Source of the DNA: the human T2T-CHM13v2.0 reference genome, Homo sapiens
Length of the DNA stretch: 64,000 bases
Assembly (NCBI RefSeq): GCF_009914755.1
Contig: NC_060938.1
Strand: one strand, 5' to 3'
The translations under genes and the position numbers were made by a program. Below, piece after piece: positions 17,801 to 35,789 of the stretch (positions within the stretch are counted from its first letter, which is position 1; each line of letters opens with the position of its first letter). The notes beneath the pieces were generated by a model, which worked only from the letters and a program-made list of their open reading frames with translations, was not told the origin of the DNA and ran no database searches.

Positions 17801-19509
17801 TATTTTTCTCTTTGGCTCTTTCAAGGGCATAATTAAGGTTTAATCTTGCTTCCTCTCATGCATATTTTTCTATATACTGTCTACTATACTAATAGCTATC
17901 ATACTGAGATGGGGTATCTCTACTGTTACCCAAAGTCATTGGAGATTCTAGGTTATAGCTCACACAAGGGAATAATGATTCCTATCTCTCAAAGAAATGA
18001 ACCCAAAAGATTATCATCTAGCCACCACTTCTCTTTAGAAAAATGTAAATACAGAGAAGTGATATGCACATATAAAATTATATGAAAGTCTGAAAGTGTA
18101 GAGCAATACCTGTAGAAAATTCAAGGTTAGGAAGAATAAAGTTCTCACAAAATCAAATTTTTATTGCTGTATGTAAGGAAAGACAGCTCAAAACTGAAGG
18201 CCATTTAGACATGTGTATCCATGTATTTATGTGTATACACATTAGACATATGTGTATTTCCACTCTTCACTTTATTATCCTTTCTTCATGTTCACACTTG
18301 TATTTACACATACACACACACTCCTCCTCTTCAGAAGGTTCCATCTGAAAACGTATATCCCTTCTTCTTGACAAATCACTCCCTATTCACAGGAGAAACT
18401 GTTGCTTCATGATTGCTTTAAAATTGTCATTCTCACCTAACATCATATGCCTCTGTCAGGAGGACAAGGGTGTGTTTGCTTTTGCAGAGAAGTGAAGGCT
18501 TAAGGTGGGTCATGAAATTTAGCCAATGGAGATGAACCAAATTCTAATCCAACGCTTTCTTATTCAAGAGCAGATCAGCAGGCTTTCTTACTTAGTAGTC
18601 TATTAACTTAGCACCTCTGTCTAATACCTTACTTTCTCTCTGCAGCAAAATGGCATATTGGAGAAAGAATATTCTCTCTGTTAGGGAGGATTTGGTCTTG
18701 TCCTCTAAGCACAATGATGTACTATTGTTGTGCTGAGGAATATTGGTCATTGTTCCGCTCTGCCTGAGGCCTGTGTCACAAAGAAACTGTAACAATGGCT
18801 GTTCTTTTAGTTTACTAAGGAAAGAGTAGAGACTCACTCAGATTTCAGGTTTTGTTTTTTTTTTCTTTTTGAGTGGGAGCTTCGTAGGAGCTTGCAACTG
18901 TCGTAATGGAAGAAACACACAGGAAAAGAAGAATCAGAATTATTTAAATCCTTTCTGAAATTACTCACTCTGAAATCTATAATCAGTGTATGCAAAGCCT
19001 TAGACTAAGTTATTTCCCTGTCAAATCAATCATAAAGGAAAGAAATAGTTCCCAATTCTATATTTTATCCAGAAGTACTGAAACAAAAACACAATATTAA
19101 TAATATTTTGCCACATTTATATTTTCTGTGTCTATGAGGATTTACAATTACCTAAAACATTTATCAAAAATGAAACAAATGCATACCCTTTTAAAACTAC
19201 TTTTTTTCTTTCAACGTAGCATAGATCATTTTTATTCATCTCTTTCTTACTCTCTACTTATTGTTTCTTCCTCATACTTTGTGTGATTTTTCAGGCTAGC
19301 ATGTTTGAAATATAACGGAACCAGCTAATAACATGTTTCAATTTTCAAAAATAAAACTATATCAATATAAATTTATATGATTATACACAGCCATATTAAA
19401 AATATATGTTACTGTTATTTCATACTGCTTTATATAGAAGGATACTCATATTCAATTACTTATAGAAAATAATACAATATTCTTTTTCAAGAGTAAACTC
19501 AGAATCTAG

Positions 19510-19660
19510 GGCATGTTTCTCAATGGAGCTGTGCTTTCCACAAAGGCACATTGTATAAAGGCATGGAGGTATTTTCACTTGTCATAATTATTGTGGAGAT
19601 GTTCTAGGCATGAGCTTTTAATGCTAAATGTTTAAAGGTCATAAGTTGGTAGAACATTAT
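19510..19660. mobile_element. MER5-type hAT DNA transposon remnant
   Basis: gtttctcaa...tggaggtattttcacttgtcataattattg...gatgttctaggcat...atgctaaatg pattern; diverged. Confidence 0.45.
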
Positions 19661-20753
19661 TAAGACTTTTATGTTCTCAAATTTTTAATGACCCACAGCG
19701 AGTCATGAGGTCGGATTTTTTTTAAATATCTAATTTTAGAATCAGATTGCATTTTTACAATAAAACATAACTCATTTTTGCATTGTTTTAATATATGCTG
19801 ATTTTTTCCAAGAATACAGTATTGGGTAAATGCAGACAAGGCCTGCTTTCTTTCTAACTTTAGCATTCAAAAATTATACACATGCACATGCACACGTGCA
19901 CACACATAAACTTGGCCCTTATATCAAAATGTCAAATATAGAAAAATAGTCTAACTTGTAGAAAGTTTTCTTACTTTTAATAAGCATAATTTAAACACAT
20001 TCTGTCTACTTAATTTTGTATACTAAGTTATATAAATAACTATTACTATATACATGGGGAGATTTTCTTTTTCTTTTATTCTTACTCCCTCTTTTCCTGA
20101 CTCTCTGCCCTCCTGTTGTGGCAAATCCTGTGAAAACTTACTCATTCTAGAAAGCTGAGACCTATACTTGGTCATAGTAATAGTGAAATGCCAAATCAAT
20201 ATTATAATTTTGCTAACTTCAATTGCTTTTTCAGTTCCGTGGTAACTGCCCTCTTTCCATTATACATAAAAAGAAAAATACCATCTTTTTCCACTCATGT
20301 AAACCCTTATTTTCAAGATTTATTAAATACCTACAAATTTAATGTTTTATTAAGCAGATGCATATGTATAGAAATGGAAAATATTTATTCTCCTAGACTT
20401 ATGTTACTCATGAAATTTATAACACCATTATAAAATTAATTTTTTTTCCAAATATATTTTTAAACTTTTTAATAAAGAAATTAACAAAATTGACCAAATG
20501 TCAGGTGAAAGAAAGCATATTAATCTTAAATACATATAATAATTATTATTATTTTTTTAAGTTTTAGGGTACATGTGCACATTGTGCAGGTTACTTACAT
20601 ATGTATACATGTGACATGCTGGTGCGCTGCACCCACTAACTCGTCATCTAGCATTAGGTATATCTCCCAATGCTATCCCTCCCCCCTCCCCCCACCCCAC
20701 AACAGTCCCCAGAGTGTGATATTCCCCTTCCTGTGTCCATGTGATCTCATTGT

Positions 20754-24586
<3,833 letters not shown>

Positions 24587-24649
24587 GATGATGTTAGCTG
24601 GTTATTTTGCTCGTTAGTTGATGCAGTTTCTTCCTAGTCTCGATGGTCT

Positions 24650-25669
24650 TTACATTTTGGCATGATTTTGCAGTGGCTGGTACCAGTTGTTCCTTTCCAT
24701 GTTTAGTGCTTCCTTCAGGAGCTCTTGTAAGGCAGGCCTGGTGGTGACACAATCTCTCAGCATTTGCTTGTCTGTAAAATATTTTATTTCTCCTTCACTT
24801 ATGAAGCTTAGTTTGGCTGGATATGAAATTCTGGGTTGAAAATTCTTTTTTCTTTAAGAGTGTTGAATATTGGGCCCCCACTCTCTTCTGGCTTGTAGGG
24901 TTTCTGCCGAGAGATCCGCTGTTAGTCTGATGGGCTTCCCTTTGAGGGTAACCCGACCTTTCTCTCTGGCTGCCCTTAACATCTTTTCCTTCATTTCAAC
25001 TTTGGTGAATCTGACAATTATGTGTCTTGGAGTTGCTCTCCTCGAGGAGTATCTTTGTGGCGTTCTCTGTATTTCCTGAATCTGAACGTTGGCCTGCCTT
25101 GCTAGATTGGGGAAGTTCTCCTGGATAATATCCTGCAGAGTGTTTTCCAACTTGGTTCCATTCTCCCCATCACTTTCAGGTACACCAATCAGACGTAGAT
25201 TTGGTCTTTTCACATAGTCCCATATTTCTTGGAGGCTTTGCTCATTTCTTTTTATTCATTTTTCTCTAGACTTCCCTTCTCACTTCATTTCATTCATTTC
25301 ATCTTCCATTGCTGATACCCTTTCTTCCAGTTGATTGCATCGGCTCCTGAGGCTTCTGCATTCTTCACATAGTTCTCAGGCCTTGATTTTCAGCTCCATC
25401 AGCTCCTTTAAGCACTTCTCTGTATTGGTTATTCTAGTTATACATTCTTCTAAATTTTTTTCAAAGTTTTCAACTTCTTTGCCTTTGGTTTGGATGTCCT
25501 CCCGTAGCTCAGAGTAATTTGATTGTCTGAAGCCTTCTTCTCTCAGCTCGTCAAAGTCATTCTCCATCCAGCTTTGTTCTGTTGCTGGTGAGGAACTGCG
25601 TTCATTTGGAGGAGGAGAGGTGCTCTGCTTTTTAGAGTTTCCAGTTTTTCTTTTCTGTTTTTTCCCCAT
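24650..25669 (-). pseudogene. L1 B ORF1, disrupted
   Basis: MGKKQKRKTG...ELKIKA then a stop at 25376-25378; further frameshift near REWGP (~24875). Confidence 0.96.
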
Positions 25670-26135
25670 CTTTGTGGTTTTTATCTACTTTTGGTCTTTG
25701 ATGATGGTGATGTATGATGTACAGGTGGGTTTTTGGTGTGGATGTCCTTTCTGTTGTTTGTTAGTTTTCCTTCTAACAGAGAGGACCCTCAGCTGCAGGT
25801 CTGTTGGAGTACCCTGCCGTGTGAGGTGTCAGTGTGCCCTTGCTGGGGGGTGTCTCCCAGTTAGGCTGCTCGGGGGTCAGGGATCAGGGACCCACTTGAG
25901 GAGGCAGTCTGCCCATTCTCAGATCTCCAGCTGCGTGCTGGGAGAACCACTGCTCTCTTCAAAGCTGTCAGACAGGGACATTTAAGTCTGCAGAGGTTAC
26001 TGCTGTCTTTTTGTTTGTCTTTGTCCTGCCCCCAGAGGTGGAGCCTACAGAGGCAGGCAGGCCTCCTTGAGCTGTGGTGGGCTCCACCCAGTTGGAGCTT
26101 CCTGGCTGCTTTGTTTACCTAATCAAGCCTGGGCA

Positions 26136-26444
26136 ATGGCGGGCACCCCTCCCCCAGCCTGGCTGCCGCCTTGCAGTTTGATCTCAGACTGCTGTGCTAG
26201 CAATCAGCCAGACTCCGTGGGCGTAGGACCCTCCGAGCCAGGTGCGGGATATAATCTCGTGGTGCGCCATTTTTTAAGCCCGTCAGAAAAACACAGTATT
26301 CGGGTGGGAGTGACCCGATTTTCCAGGTGCCGTCCATCACCCCTTCCTTTGACTCAGAAAGGGAACTCTCTGACCCCTTGCGCTTCCCAGTTGAGGCAAT
26401 GCCTCGCCCTGCTTCGGCTCAGGCACGGTGCGCACACCCACTGA
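26136..26444 (+). CDS. L1 antisense ORF0-like frame (102 aa) in the L1 B 5'UTR
   Basis: ATG at 26136 opens MAGTPPPAWLPPCSLISDCCASNQPDSVGVGPSEPG..., matching primate L1 ORF0. GT donors at 26242 and 26327. Expression unknown. Confidence 0.6.
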   Translation: MAGTPPPAWLPPCSLISDCCASNQPDSVGVGPSEPGAGYNLVVRHFLSPSEKHSIRVGVTRFSRCRPSPLPLTQKGNSLTPCASQLRQCLALLRLRHGAHTH

Positions 26445-27561
26445 CCTGCACCCACTGTCTGGCACTCCCTAGTGAGATGAACCCGGTACCTCACATGGAA
26501 ATGCGGAAATCACCCGTCTTCTTCGTTGCTCAGGCTGGGAGCTGTAGACTGGAGCTGTTCCTATTCGGCCATCTTGGCTCCTCCCCATAAAATTAATTAA
26601 TTTTTTAAGATAATTTATATTAGACTAAGAGTTAAAATCTGGCTATTACTATCTATAAGTAAGTCATGTGCTTTCTACTAACATTAACTCATTCATATAA
26701 TTTTGGTACTCTGTTGTGAGTTGCTAATGAGGATAAGTTTCCTCTAACATGCTTTAAGATTATCTAATAATTATGAATTATGCCTTGTTAAAATAAGCAT
26801 TTATTATTTTATGTAATGTCACTCAATATATTTTCTATTTTTATAGCTCTCATTATGTTTAATTATTAAATTTGTATTTTAAAATAAAATGGGATTCTAA
26901 CAAATGTAATTGCAACTGTAATATGGTTAATATGTTGCAGTATTATGCTTTCTAATTTACTTATATTTTTATGTTCTAGCATTTTTCTCATGCACTCTTG
27001 GCCATTTATTGATTACTCAACTAATGTTAACTATATTTTACCAAGAAAAATTAGAAATTACCATTTTTAACAATATTTCCATGATGTCTGTCATGCAGAT
27101 TTATTTGTATTTAAAATGTTTCAGAGTAAATTTCAAAAAACATCATATAGTGACACCAATGAGACTGCATTAAAATCAAACTACCTCCTGGCTTTTGGCT
27201 ATTTCTTAATAACATCTTTTAAAAAACATGTTTTCTTGGTAAACAATTATTTAGTGATTCAATAATTATTGGATAATAATTGCACTTCATAAATTTAATT
27301 ATGAGTTTTCTTTAAATAAAAGATCTAGGTAATTAAGAAATAAATACATTTAGGGCTTTGATATATTGCAAGGAATTTCTTTATAATGAATAAGACATTA
27401 GCACTCAGTTTTAAATAATAAGCAATCTAACATATGAATGTATCATCAAATTCTTTGAGAACTTCCAATACTTTGCTTCAAACGTTGTTATTTTAATAAT
27501 TAAAATAAAAAAAGAATAATATTTTGTGACAAGCACAATCATACAAAATTTAAATTTCAGC

Positions 27562-27735
27562 GTCTATATAGTTTTATTGAGACACAGCCACATTCATTAT
27601 TTCACACTTTGGCTATGGCTGCTTTCACACTACATGGGCAGATTTGAGTAGATGTAACTGATATGTTATGGCCATCATAGCCTAACATATTTACTCTCTG
27701 GACTACCACAGACAACAATTTTCTGACACTGCCCT
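27562..27735. mobile_element. MER58A-like hAT-Charlie remnant
   Basis: gttttattgagacacagccacattcatt...tatggctgctttcacactaca...ggcagatttgagtag...gcctaacatatttactctctgg. Confidence 0.8.
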
Positions 27736-28488
27736 AAATAAAAATGAATTGATGACATTCAAGTATGAAAATGAAAAATTTATGAGTTTACAATAAAAAA
27801 ACAAACAGATTATTGAGGAATTATTATTTAAACTAGCTGCTTAAATGACTGAGAATATCTTCATTTTTAACAAACTTACAATACTGTCAGTAACATATTC
27901 AACCTTTATATAATATTTCCAGTGAAATATTTTTTAAAATAATCATTATTGTTTGTTTTGCTATTTTTGAAAAATCTATTAATATCATTGGACAAGTTTT
28001 GTAGAAACTTCGCAACATTTGAAACTCTTGCATTAATAGCAATGCCATTGAAATGCCTATAGAAATCAATCATTATCTTTGGTAAACACACTTTAAACTC
28101 ATCTTGTTAAACTATTAAATTTTAGTGTTTTTGCAAATTGCATGCAAATAAATATGAAATATAGTTTAATTTTTCTATGTTCTCTACATTTCAATACATT
28201 TAAAGTAATACCATGTTTTATGAAACAAATACAAAAATCACAAGTATTATTTTCTATCAAAATTAATTTGCAGTACATATAGATTTGTCTTAGTCAACTG
28301 AACATCAATTAACTAAGTAGTTCTACATTTTCTTAGTACACATTTTAATGCATTACCTTCTTATTCTGATTAGATACTGAATATTCCACCAAAAAAAAAT
28401 TATGGAATAAAAATAAGTTATATTCATTGCTAAGCTCTTGAGAAAAAAAAAACCAGGAGTTATTTCTTTAAAAAAAGTCACATGCTTT

Positions 28489-30010
28489 TATTTTATTTTA
28501 TTTTATTCTATTTATTTTTATAGATTCGGGGGTACACACGTAGTTTTGTTACATGGGTATGCTGCATAATGCTAAGGTTTGGACTTCTGTTGTACCTGTT
28601 ACCTGAATAGTGAATATTGCACCCAATAGGTGAGTTTTCAACTCCCTCTACCCTCTCACTTCTCCTTTTTGGAGTTTCCAGGGTCTGCTATTTTCCACTG
28701 CTTAGCTTATGAGTGAGAATATATGGTATTTGATTTCCTGTTTCTGAATTATTTCACCTAGGATAATGGCTCCAGCTCCATCCATGCTGCTGTAAAATAC
28801 ATGATTTCTTTCTCTTCTATGGATGTTTAGTATTCTATGGTGTATGTATGTATGTATACCACATTTTTTTTATTCAATCGCCCAATGATTGACACTTACA
28901 TTGATTCCATGACTCTGCTATTATGAATAGTGCTGCAATAAATATACTAGTGCAAGTGTCTTTCTGAAATAAAAATTTATTTTCCTTTTGGTATATACCC
29001 AGAAGTGGAGATGATAGATTAATTGGAATTTCTAGTTTTATTTCTTTGGGAAATCTCTGTACTGTTTTCCATACAAGTTGTACAGATTTACCTTCTCACC
29101 AGCAGCATATCGGCATTTCCTTTTCTCTGCTTTTGTGCAATATCTGTTGTTTTATGACTTATTAGTAACTATTCTGACTGTTGTAAGATGGTATGGTATT
29201 TCATTGTGATTTCAATTTGCATTTCTCTGATGATCAGTGATGTTGAGCTTTTTCTCATATATTTGTTGGCTGTTTCTATGTCTTCTTTTGAGAAATGTTT
29301 TTTCGTGTTCATTGTCCATTTTTAATGAAGTTATTTGGCTCTTTTTCTTGTTAAATTGTTTGAGTTCCTTATAGATTATGAATATTAGTCCTTTGTCAAA
29401 TGCCTAGGTTGCAAATATTTCTCCCATTCTATAGGTTGTCTGTTTACCCTGTTAATGATATCTTTTGCTGTGCAGAAGCTTTTCAGTTTAAGTTCCATTT
29501 TTTAATGTTTGTTTCCTTGGATTTGATTTTGAGGTCTTAGTTATAAACTATTTGCCTAGGCCAATGTCAGAATGACTTTTTTCTCGGTTTTCTTCTGGTA
29601 CTGTCATAGTTTGAACTTTTACATTCAAGTTTGTCATCATCTTGAGTTAATTTTTGTATATGATGAGGAATAGGAGTCCTGTTTCATTCCATTTATGGTT
29701 ATTAGATATTCCCAGCAATATATATTGAATAGAGAGTCCTTTCCCCATTGAATATTTTTTAGACTTTGTTGAAGATCAGCTGGTTGTAGGTATGGGGCTT
29801 TATTTCTGGGTTCTCAATTCTGTTCAATTGATCTGTGTGTCTATTTTTATACCAGTACCATGCTGTTTTGATTAGAATAGTATTATAGTATAATTTGAAG
29901 TGCAGTGATGTGATGCTTCCAGCTTTGTTATTTTTGCTTCATACAGCTTTGGCTATTTGGGGTCTTCTGGGGTTCCATATGAATTTTAGAATTGTTTCTT
30001 CTAATTCTGT
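28489..30010 (-). mobile_element. 5'-truncated older L1 (L1PB/L1MA1 age)
   Basis: (tttta)n tail, L1 3'UTR and ORF2 end; perfect 15-bp TSD aaagtcacatgcttt at 28474-28488 and 30011-30025. Confidence 0.95.
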
Positions 30011-30082
30011 AAAGTCACATGCTTTGAAATCAATGTAACTGAGCCAGAAATCAGTGCAAAGAAAGATGACTAGAAAAGAAGC

Positions 30083-30447
30083 TCTATTAGTCTGTCCTCA
30101 TGCTGCTAATAAATACATATCCGAGACTAGGCAATTTTTAAAGGTAAGGGGTTTAATTGACTCACAGTTTCACATGGCCAGGGAGGCCTCCCAATCATGG
30201 TGGAAGGCAAATGTGGAGCAAAGTCATGTTTTACATGGTGGCAGGCAAGAGAGCTTTTCCAGCGGGAGCTCCCCCTTATAAAATCATCAGATCTCATGAG
30301 ACTTATTCACTATCACAGGAACAGCACAGGAAAGATCTGCCCCCATGATTAAATTACCTCCCATCTGGTCTCTCTAACCACATGTGGGAATTATGGGAGC
30401 TACAATTCAAGATGAGGTTTAAGTGGTGCCACTGTCAAACCATATCA
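30083..30447 (-). mobile_element. Solo THE1 (MaLR) LTR
   Basis: tattagtc...catgctgctaataaa...caaaccatatca; 5-bp TSD gaagc at 30078-30082 and 30448-30452. Confidence 0.94.
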
Positions 30448-30479
30448 GAAGCACTTGAAAATTAAAAAAAAAAAAAAAA

Positions 30480-30925
30480 CTCCGAAAAACCTGTATTTGA
30501 TATCGGAACATATTTAGATCTGTAAAACAATAGCAAAAATAACAATATATGAAAACTTGCATAAAGCTATAATATTAAATATAAAAGAATTTGTGCAGCA
30601 TTGTAATTTTATATAATTTAATGAGCTAATATTCATCTGAAGAAGTTAGATGAACAAAACAGAGTAAACCCTCAAAAATTTAGGTTGAAAGAACAATAAA
30701 ATTATAAAAAGAAATTAATGAAATAGAGGTTATTAAATGATTCAAAAAATCAAAGATGATACTTTGGAAATACTTGTGGAATAGATCAGTATCATACAAA
30801 ATAAGTCAGTGGAAAGGAAAAAAACAAAGTCAAGAATCAAAATTCAGTCATAACTACTGACAATACAGGTAATAACAGGACCACATAAAAAACTTCATGA
30901 AATAAATATAAAACTGATCTTTAAA
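30480..30925 (+). mobile_element. Ancient L1M ORF2 remnant, probably resuming at ~32500-32830
   Basis: A-rich L1-like text (gaagaagttagatgaacaaaac...agaaattaatgaaatagag; later gaatatagatgcaaaatttcttaacaaaacattag). Confidence 0.55.
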
Positions 30926-32162
30926 GTATTTATTAATTTGTTATTTTTATTGACAAATCATTAAATTAAATTTATAGAGTATGAAATCATGTTTTTATAT
31001 ATGTATACAATATAGACTCATCATGCTATTATGATTAAATCATGCTAATCAAAATAGTCATCACTTCGTTTTACATTTTTTGTGGTGCTATATTTGAAAT
31101 TTACTCTGCTATTATTTCAAAATAAACAATGCATCATTATTATTGACTGTAGTCATCCTGCTTTGCAATAGATCTCAAAACATAGTTTTTCTGTAAAGCT
31201 GAAACTTTGTACCCTTTGACAAGTAATTCCCAATTCACTTGCCTCTCCCCTCCCCTGCTCCCAGCCCTTGGTAACCATCCTTCTACTCTCTACTTCTATG
31301 AATTCAACTTTTTTTAGATTTCACCTGTAAATGAAATCATACAGTATTAGTCTTTCTATGCCTACCTTATTTCTCCTTGCATAATGCCTTCCACATTCAC
31401 TCATGTTGTCTCAGGTGACAGAATTTTGTTCTTTTTAAAGGCTGTGTTATATTTCTCTACATATATGTACCACATTTTCTTTCTTATTCATCCACTGATG
31501 AACATTTAGGTTGAGTTCATATATTGGGTATTGTAACTAACTAATGTTACTATAAACGTGGGCGTGAAGATATCAATTTGACATATTGATTTCAGTTCCT
31601 TTGCTTATATTCCCAGAAGTGAGATGACTGGATCATGGAATTTCTATTTTTATTTTTGTGAGGAACCTCCATACCATTTTCCATACTGGCTACAATAATT
31701 TACATTATCACCTTCATTGTACAAGGATTACATTTTTTTTTCACATCCTCACCAACACTTACTATCTATCTATCTATATTCCATGTTTTTGATAAAAGCT
31801 AGTCTAACAGGTATGAGATAATATCTCACTGTGGTTTGGATCTTCATTTTCCTAATAATTATGATGCTGAGAACTTTTTTTAATGGATCTGTTGGCTGTC
31901 GGCATGTTTTCTTTTGAGAAATGTCTGTTCAGGTTCTTTGCCATTTTTTTAAGTCAGGTTATTTGTTTTCTCATCATTGAGTTGTTTGAGTTCTTTATAT
32001 ATTTTGGATATTAACTACTTATCATCAGATATGTGATTTGTAAATATTTTTCCCACACTGTGATGTATCTCTTTACTTTGTTAATTGTTTTTATTTTTTT
32101 CTCTGTGCAGAAGCTTTTTAGTTAAATGCAATTATATTTCATCTATTTTTTCTTTTGTTGTC
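30926..32162 (-). mobile_element. L1MA-type 3' end
   Basis: cagcccttggtaaccatccttctactctctacttctatgaattcaactttttttagatt and downstream ORF2-end antisense sequence. Confidence 0.88.
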
Positions 32163-32165
32163 TCA

Positions 32166-32576
<411 letters not shown>

Positions 32577-33221
32577 CTAAATAATTTAAGAATGATTTTT
32601 AAAATGGCATGTTTCTTTACTCCTATTTGAGTCTCTCACAACCTTAATATCAAAACTGGAATAGAGCCCTGGATCTAATTCCTTCGTGAATATAGATGCA
32701 AAAATTTCTTAACAAAACATTAGTATAGTATCTAAGTATACATAAAAAGTAATGAGATATTATTAACATACGGGGTTTATCTCAAAAATATGTGATCGAG
32801 TTTATATCAGAAAATTGTTCAATATAATTAAACCATATTTTTAATTTTAAATCAGAAAAATTATTCAATAAAAGAGAATCTTAATCTTCCTTTACAATGC
32901 CACCATAATTGAATTAGTCAACTAAGTCAACCATCTAGGGTTCATTCTTGATTATCTTTTTACCACAACACAGCAAACTATTCACCAAATCCTAAAATTT
33001 CAATTTTTACATATTGCTGCAATTGATCATTACCTCCCCATTTTCTCTGCTAATTCATTAATTCTTTTCCCCTTCATGGGTAACTGCTCTACTTATTTTC
33101 CCATGAGTTCTGTTGTTCACATTCTCATTGTTCGTGTCTATGTCCTTAAATTATTTATGTATTACTTGAAATTGTTTAGTAGTTTTCCAAAACCACAAAG
33201 ACAGTATGTAAACTGCTAAAT

Positions 33222-33735
33222 TAGCAGTTTCCAACGTTTTTGGAACCAGGGACTGGTTCATGGAAAACAACTTTTCCACAGACCAGAGTCAGTGGGAATG
33301 GTTTTGAGTTTATTCAAGTGCATTACATTTATTGTGTGCTTTATTTCTATTATTATTACATTGTAATATATAATGAAGTAATTATACAACTCACCATAAT
33401 GTGGAATCAGTGGGAGCCCTGAGCTTGTTTTCCTCCAACGAGACAGTCCCATCTGGGGTAATGGGAGACAATGACAGATCATCAGGCATTATATTTTCAT
33501 AAGGAGCACACAACCTAGATCTCTTGCATGCACAGCTCACAATAGTTTGTGCTCCTATGAGAATCTAATGTGCTGCTAATCTGACAGGAAGTGGAGCTCA
33601 GGTGGTAATATAAACATTAGGGAGAGGCTGTAAATACATAGAAAGCTTTCCTGTTTCAGCCTCTGCTCACCCCCTGCTGTGCGGCAGCCTGGTTACTAAC
33701 AGGCCATGGACTGGTATGGGTTTGGGGACCCCCTG
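33222..33735. mobile_element. MER1A-like hAT-Charlie DNA transposon
   Basis: Terminal inverted repeats (tagcagtttccaac ... tttggggaccccctg), ~515 bp, flanked by degenerate 8-bp sites tgctaaat / gtctaaac. Confidence 0.88.
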
Positions 33736-35741
33736 GTCTAAACTATGCCTGGTATTTCTGTTTTTTAGGCCATAATGTGTTACTATTAACCTCTTCCTCA
33801 AGTTATAACACTGGAGGTTGTTAGAACTAAATTACCTACTATATTAAAAATGCTATACAATGTGTAATTTGTGCCTGGCATTGTCATAAATTTTAGCAAT
33901 ATGAAAATTAATATACTATTATCTAATATACTCAGGATCTCATGCAGAAACATCTCAAGTGACTCTTTCTATATTGCAGATATGTGATATCTTCACACAT
34001 TCTGACTTTGGTGCAGGAAAGCTATACTTAATTTTTGTCATGAAATGCCACTGAAATGTTTGCCTATGGTTATAAATTTTAGTTGATTAAACAACTTGTG
34101 TTTTCCAAAATTCCTATATTTTTTCTTCTTTATGAATATTTGAACGTGTCTGTTTTCTTCATTATATTATTAATTCTGAAATCACAAGGGAAAAAAACTT
34201 ACTTACTTTTTAAGCCAGCATAGCATTGTGTAATAATTTTTTTCTACACAATTTTGTAGTGAGTGTTTATTTACTTCAAGCGTATGTTATTTATTTAAGG
34301 CTAGATTCTATAAGGATTTCTTGACTGGAGATGTTTAATAAATTTCACTTAGCTCAAGGCATGAGGATACCATTTTTACAATGAGTGAGTTAGCATTGTG
34401 CTTGACACATTCATTGTAAGTGTTCTTGGCTAATTGATTGATTAATAACATAAAAAGTAATTCAGTAGTCAATTGGTCTATACAAGGTAACAAAAGCTCA
34501 AGACATTTTCAGCATTATTAAAAAATAATATAACTGAGAATATCCTTTCCCAGGGTTTATAATCATGAAATGTCATATGATGTAGGTATTACAGTTAAGA
34601 TATTTTTGTACAGAAACAATAAATTGGGTTATGTGTCCACGAAAAACCTTTCCTATCTTTTTCTAGGTAAAAAGAGAAGCTTGAAAATTGATCTCTGGGG
34701 ATGCAGAGGTGAGCTAGATAGAAAATAAAAGGATGTTGATATCACTATTGCCTGTAGCAGAAATGTCACAGAGTAGCTACGACTTTGCCATATAACCTAA
34801 CCTTTCTCTGTACCAGCCATTTATTTCTTTAATTTCTTGACAATAGAATGGTGCACTTTTCTTAGTTTAAATTAGAAATGTCTTCTAAACATGTATCTTC
34901 ATTGTGACCTCTTGTATACAGTTCAGGGATTTTGCTGCTCAGGTACTTAATGGAATCTCTGAAAGTCTGTAAAATATGGTACCTATAGATAGAGTAGTGT
35001 TAGGCATAATATAATCATTTCCATTTAAAAACGTATTTCTTTTGTAAAGTTATGCATATCCTTATATTTACACTGTAAAAATATACTGTACTGAAATAAT
35101 GATAACTTCTGGAATGAATTATATGCAATGTTAGCCATGCTATTTGTATATGTACAGTAGAAAGCAAACATTACAAAGCCATCTCTCATGAAATCACACA
35201 CATCTTCGAATGACAAAAACATTTATTATTTGTCCATTTGGACACAATTTTTAAAAATCTATCATAGGCAAAGACATTTGAATCTGTCCTCTCTACCTAT
35301 AATCTTGGATCATACATTCTTTTTCTAGCATCACTGAAGATAACTAATGTCTGTGGTCTCTTATTCTCCTGTTTCTAGTGATTTTGCTTGAAAACACATT
35401 ACTCTGAAAGTTGTATCAAGCAGATGTTTTGATCTGAATCATTTATCCTTAATTTTTAAATAAAAGGACATGCTTCTTGCTAAAAGGATTTGGGGCATCA
35501 AGTAGGCACAGGAAACTCTTTGGAAGCCAGCTTGTAATACACTGGACATTTTAGTGTCTTTAAAAGCAGACTTAGTTGTTTTGTTTTTTCTTTGTCCTTT
35601 TTAAAGAGTGATGTAAAAAAAAGTGTGGTAATAAGTATCTCTATTTTAAATCCACCTACAAAGCAAAAACCATATGTACAAAGAACTAGAGGGTGAAAAC
35701 AATATATTTTTTACTTTTAATCACTGACTTTTTTTCTAATG

Positions 35742-35789
35742 TTAAACATTATTTCTTATACTTACTTAAACATTATTTCTTATACTTAC
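35742..35789. repeat. 24-bp perfect tandem duplication
   Basis: ttaaacattatttcttatacttac x2. Confidence 0.93.

Noticed and set aside
14900-19500. Unique DNA possibly containing host exons
   Set aside because: No ORF resembles a protein family I recognise, and there is no CpG island or convincing exon chain. Small exons or enhancers cannot be excluded without alignments.
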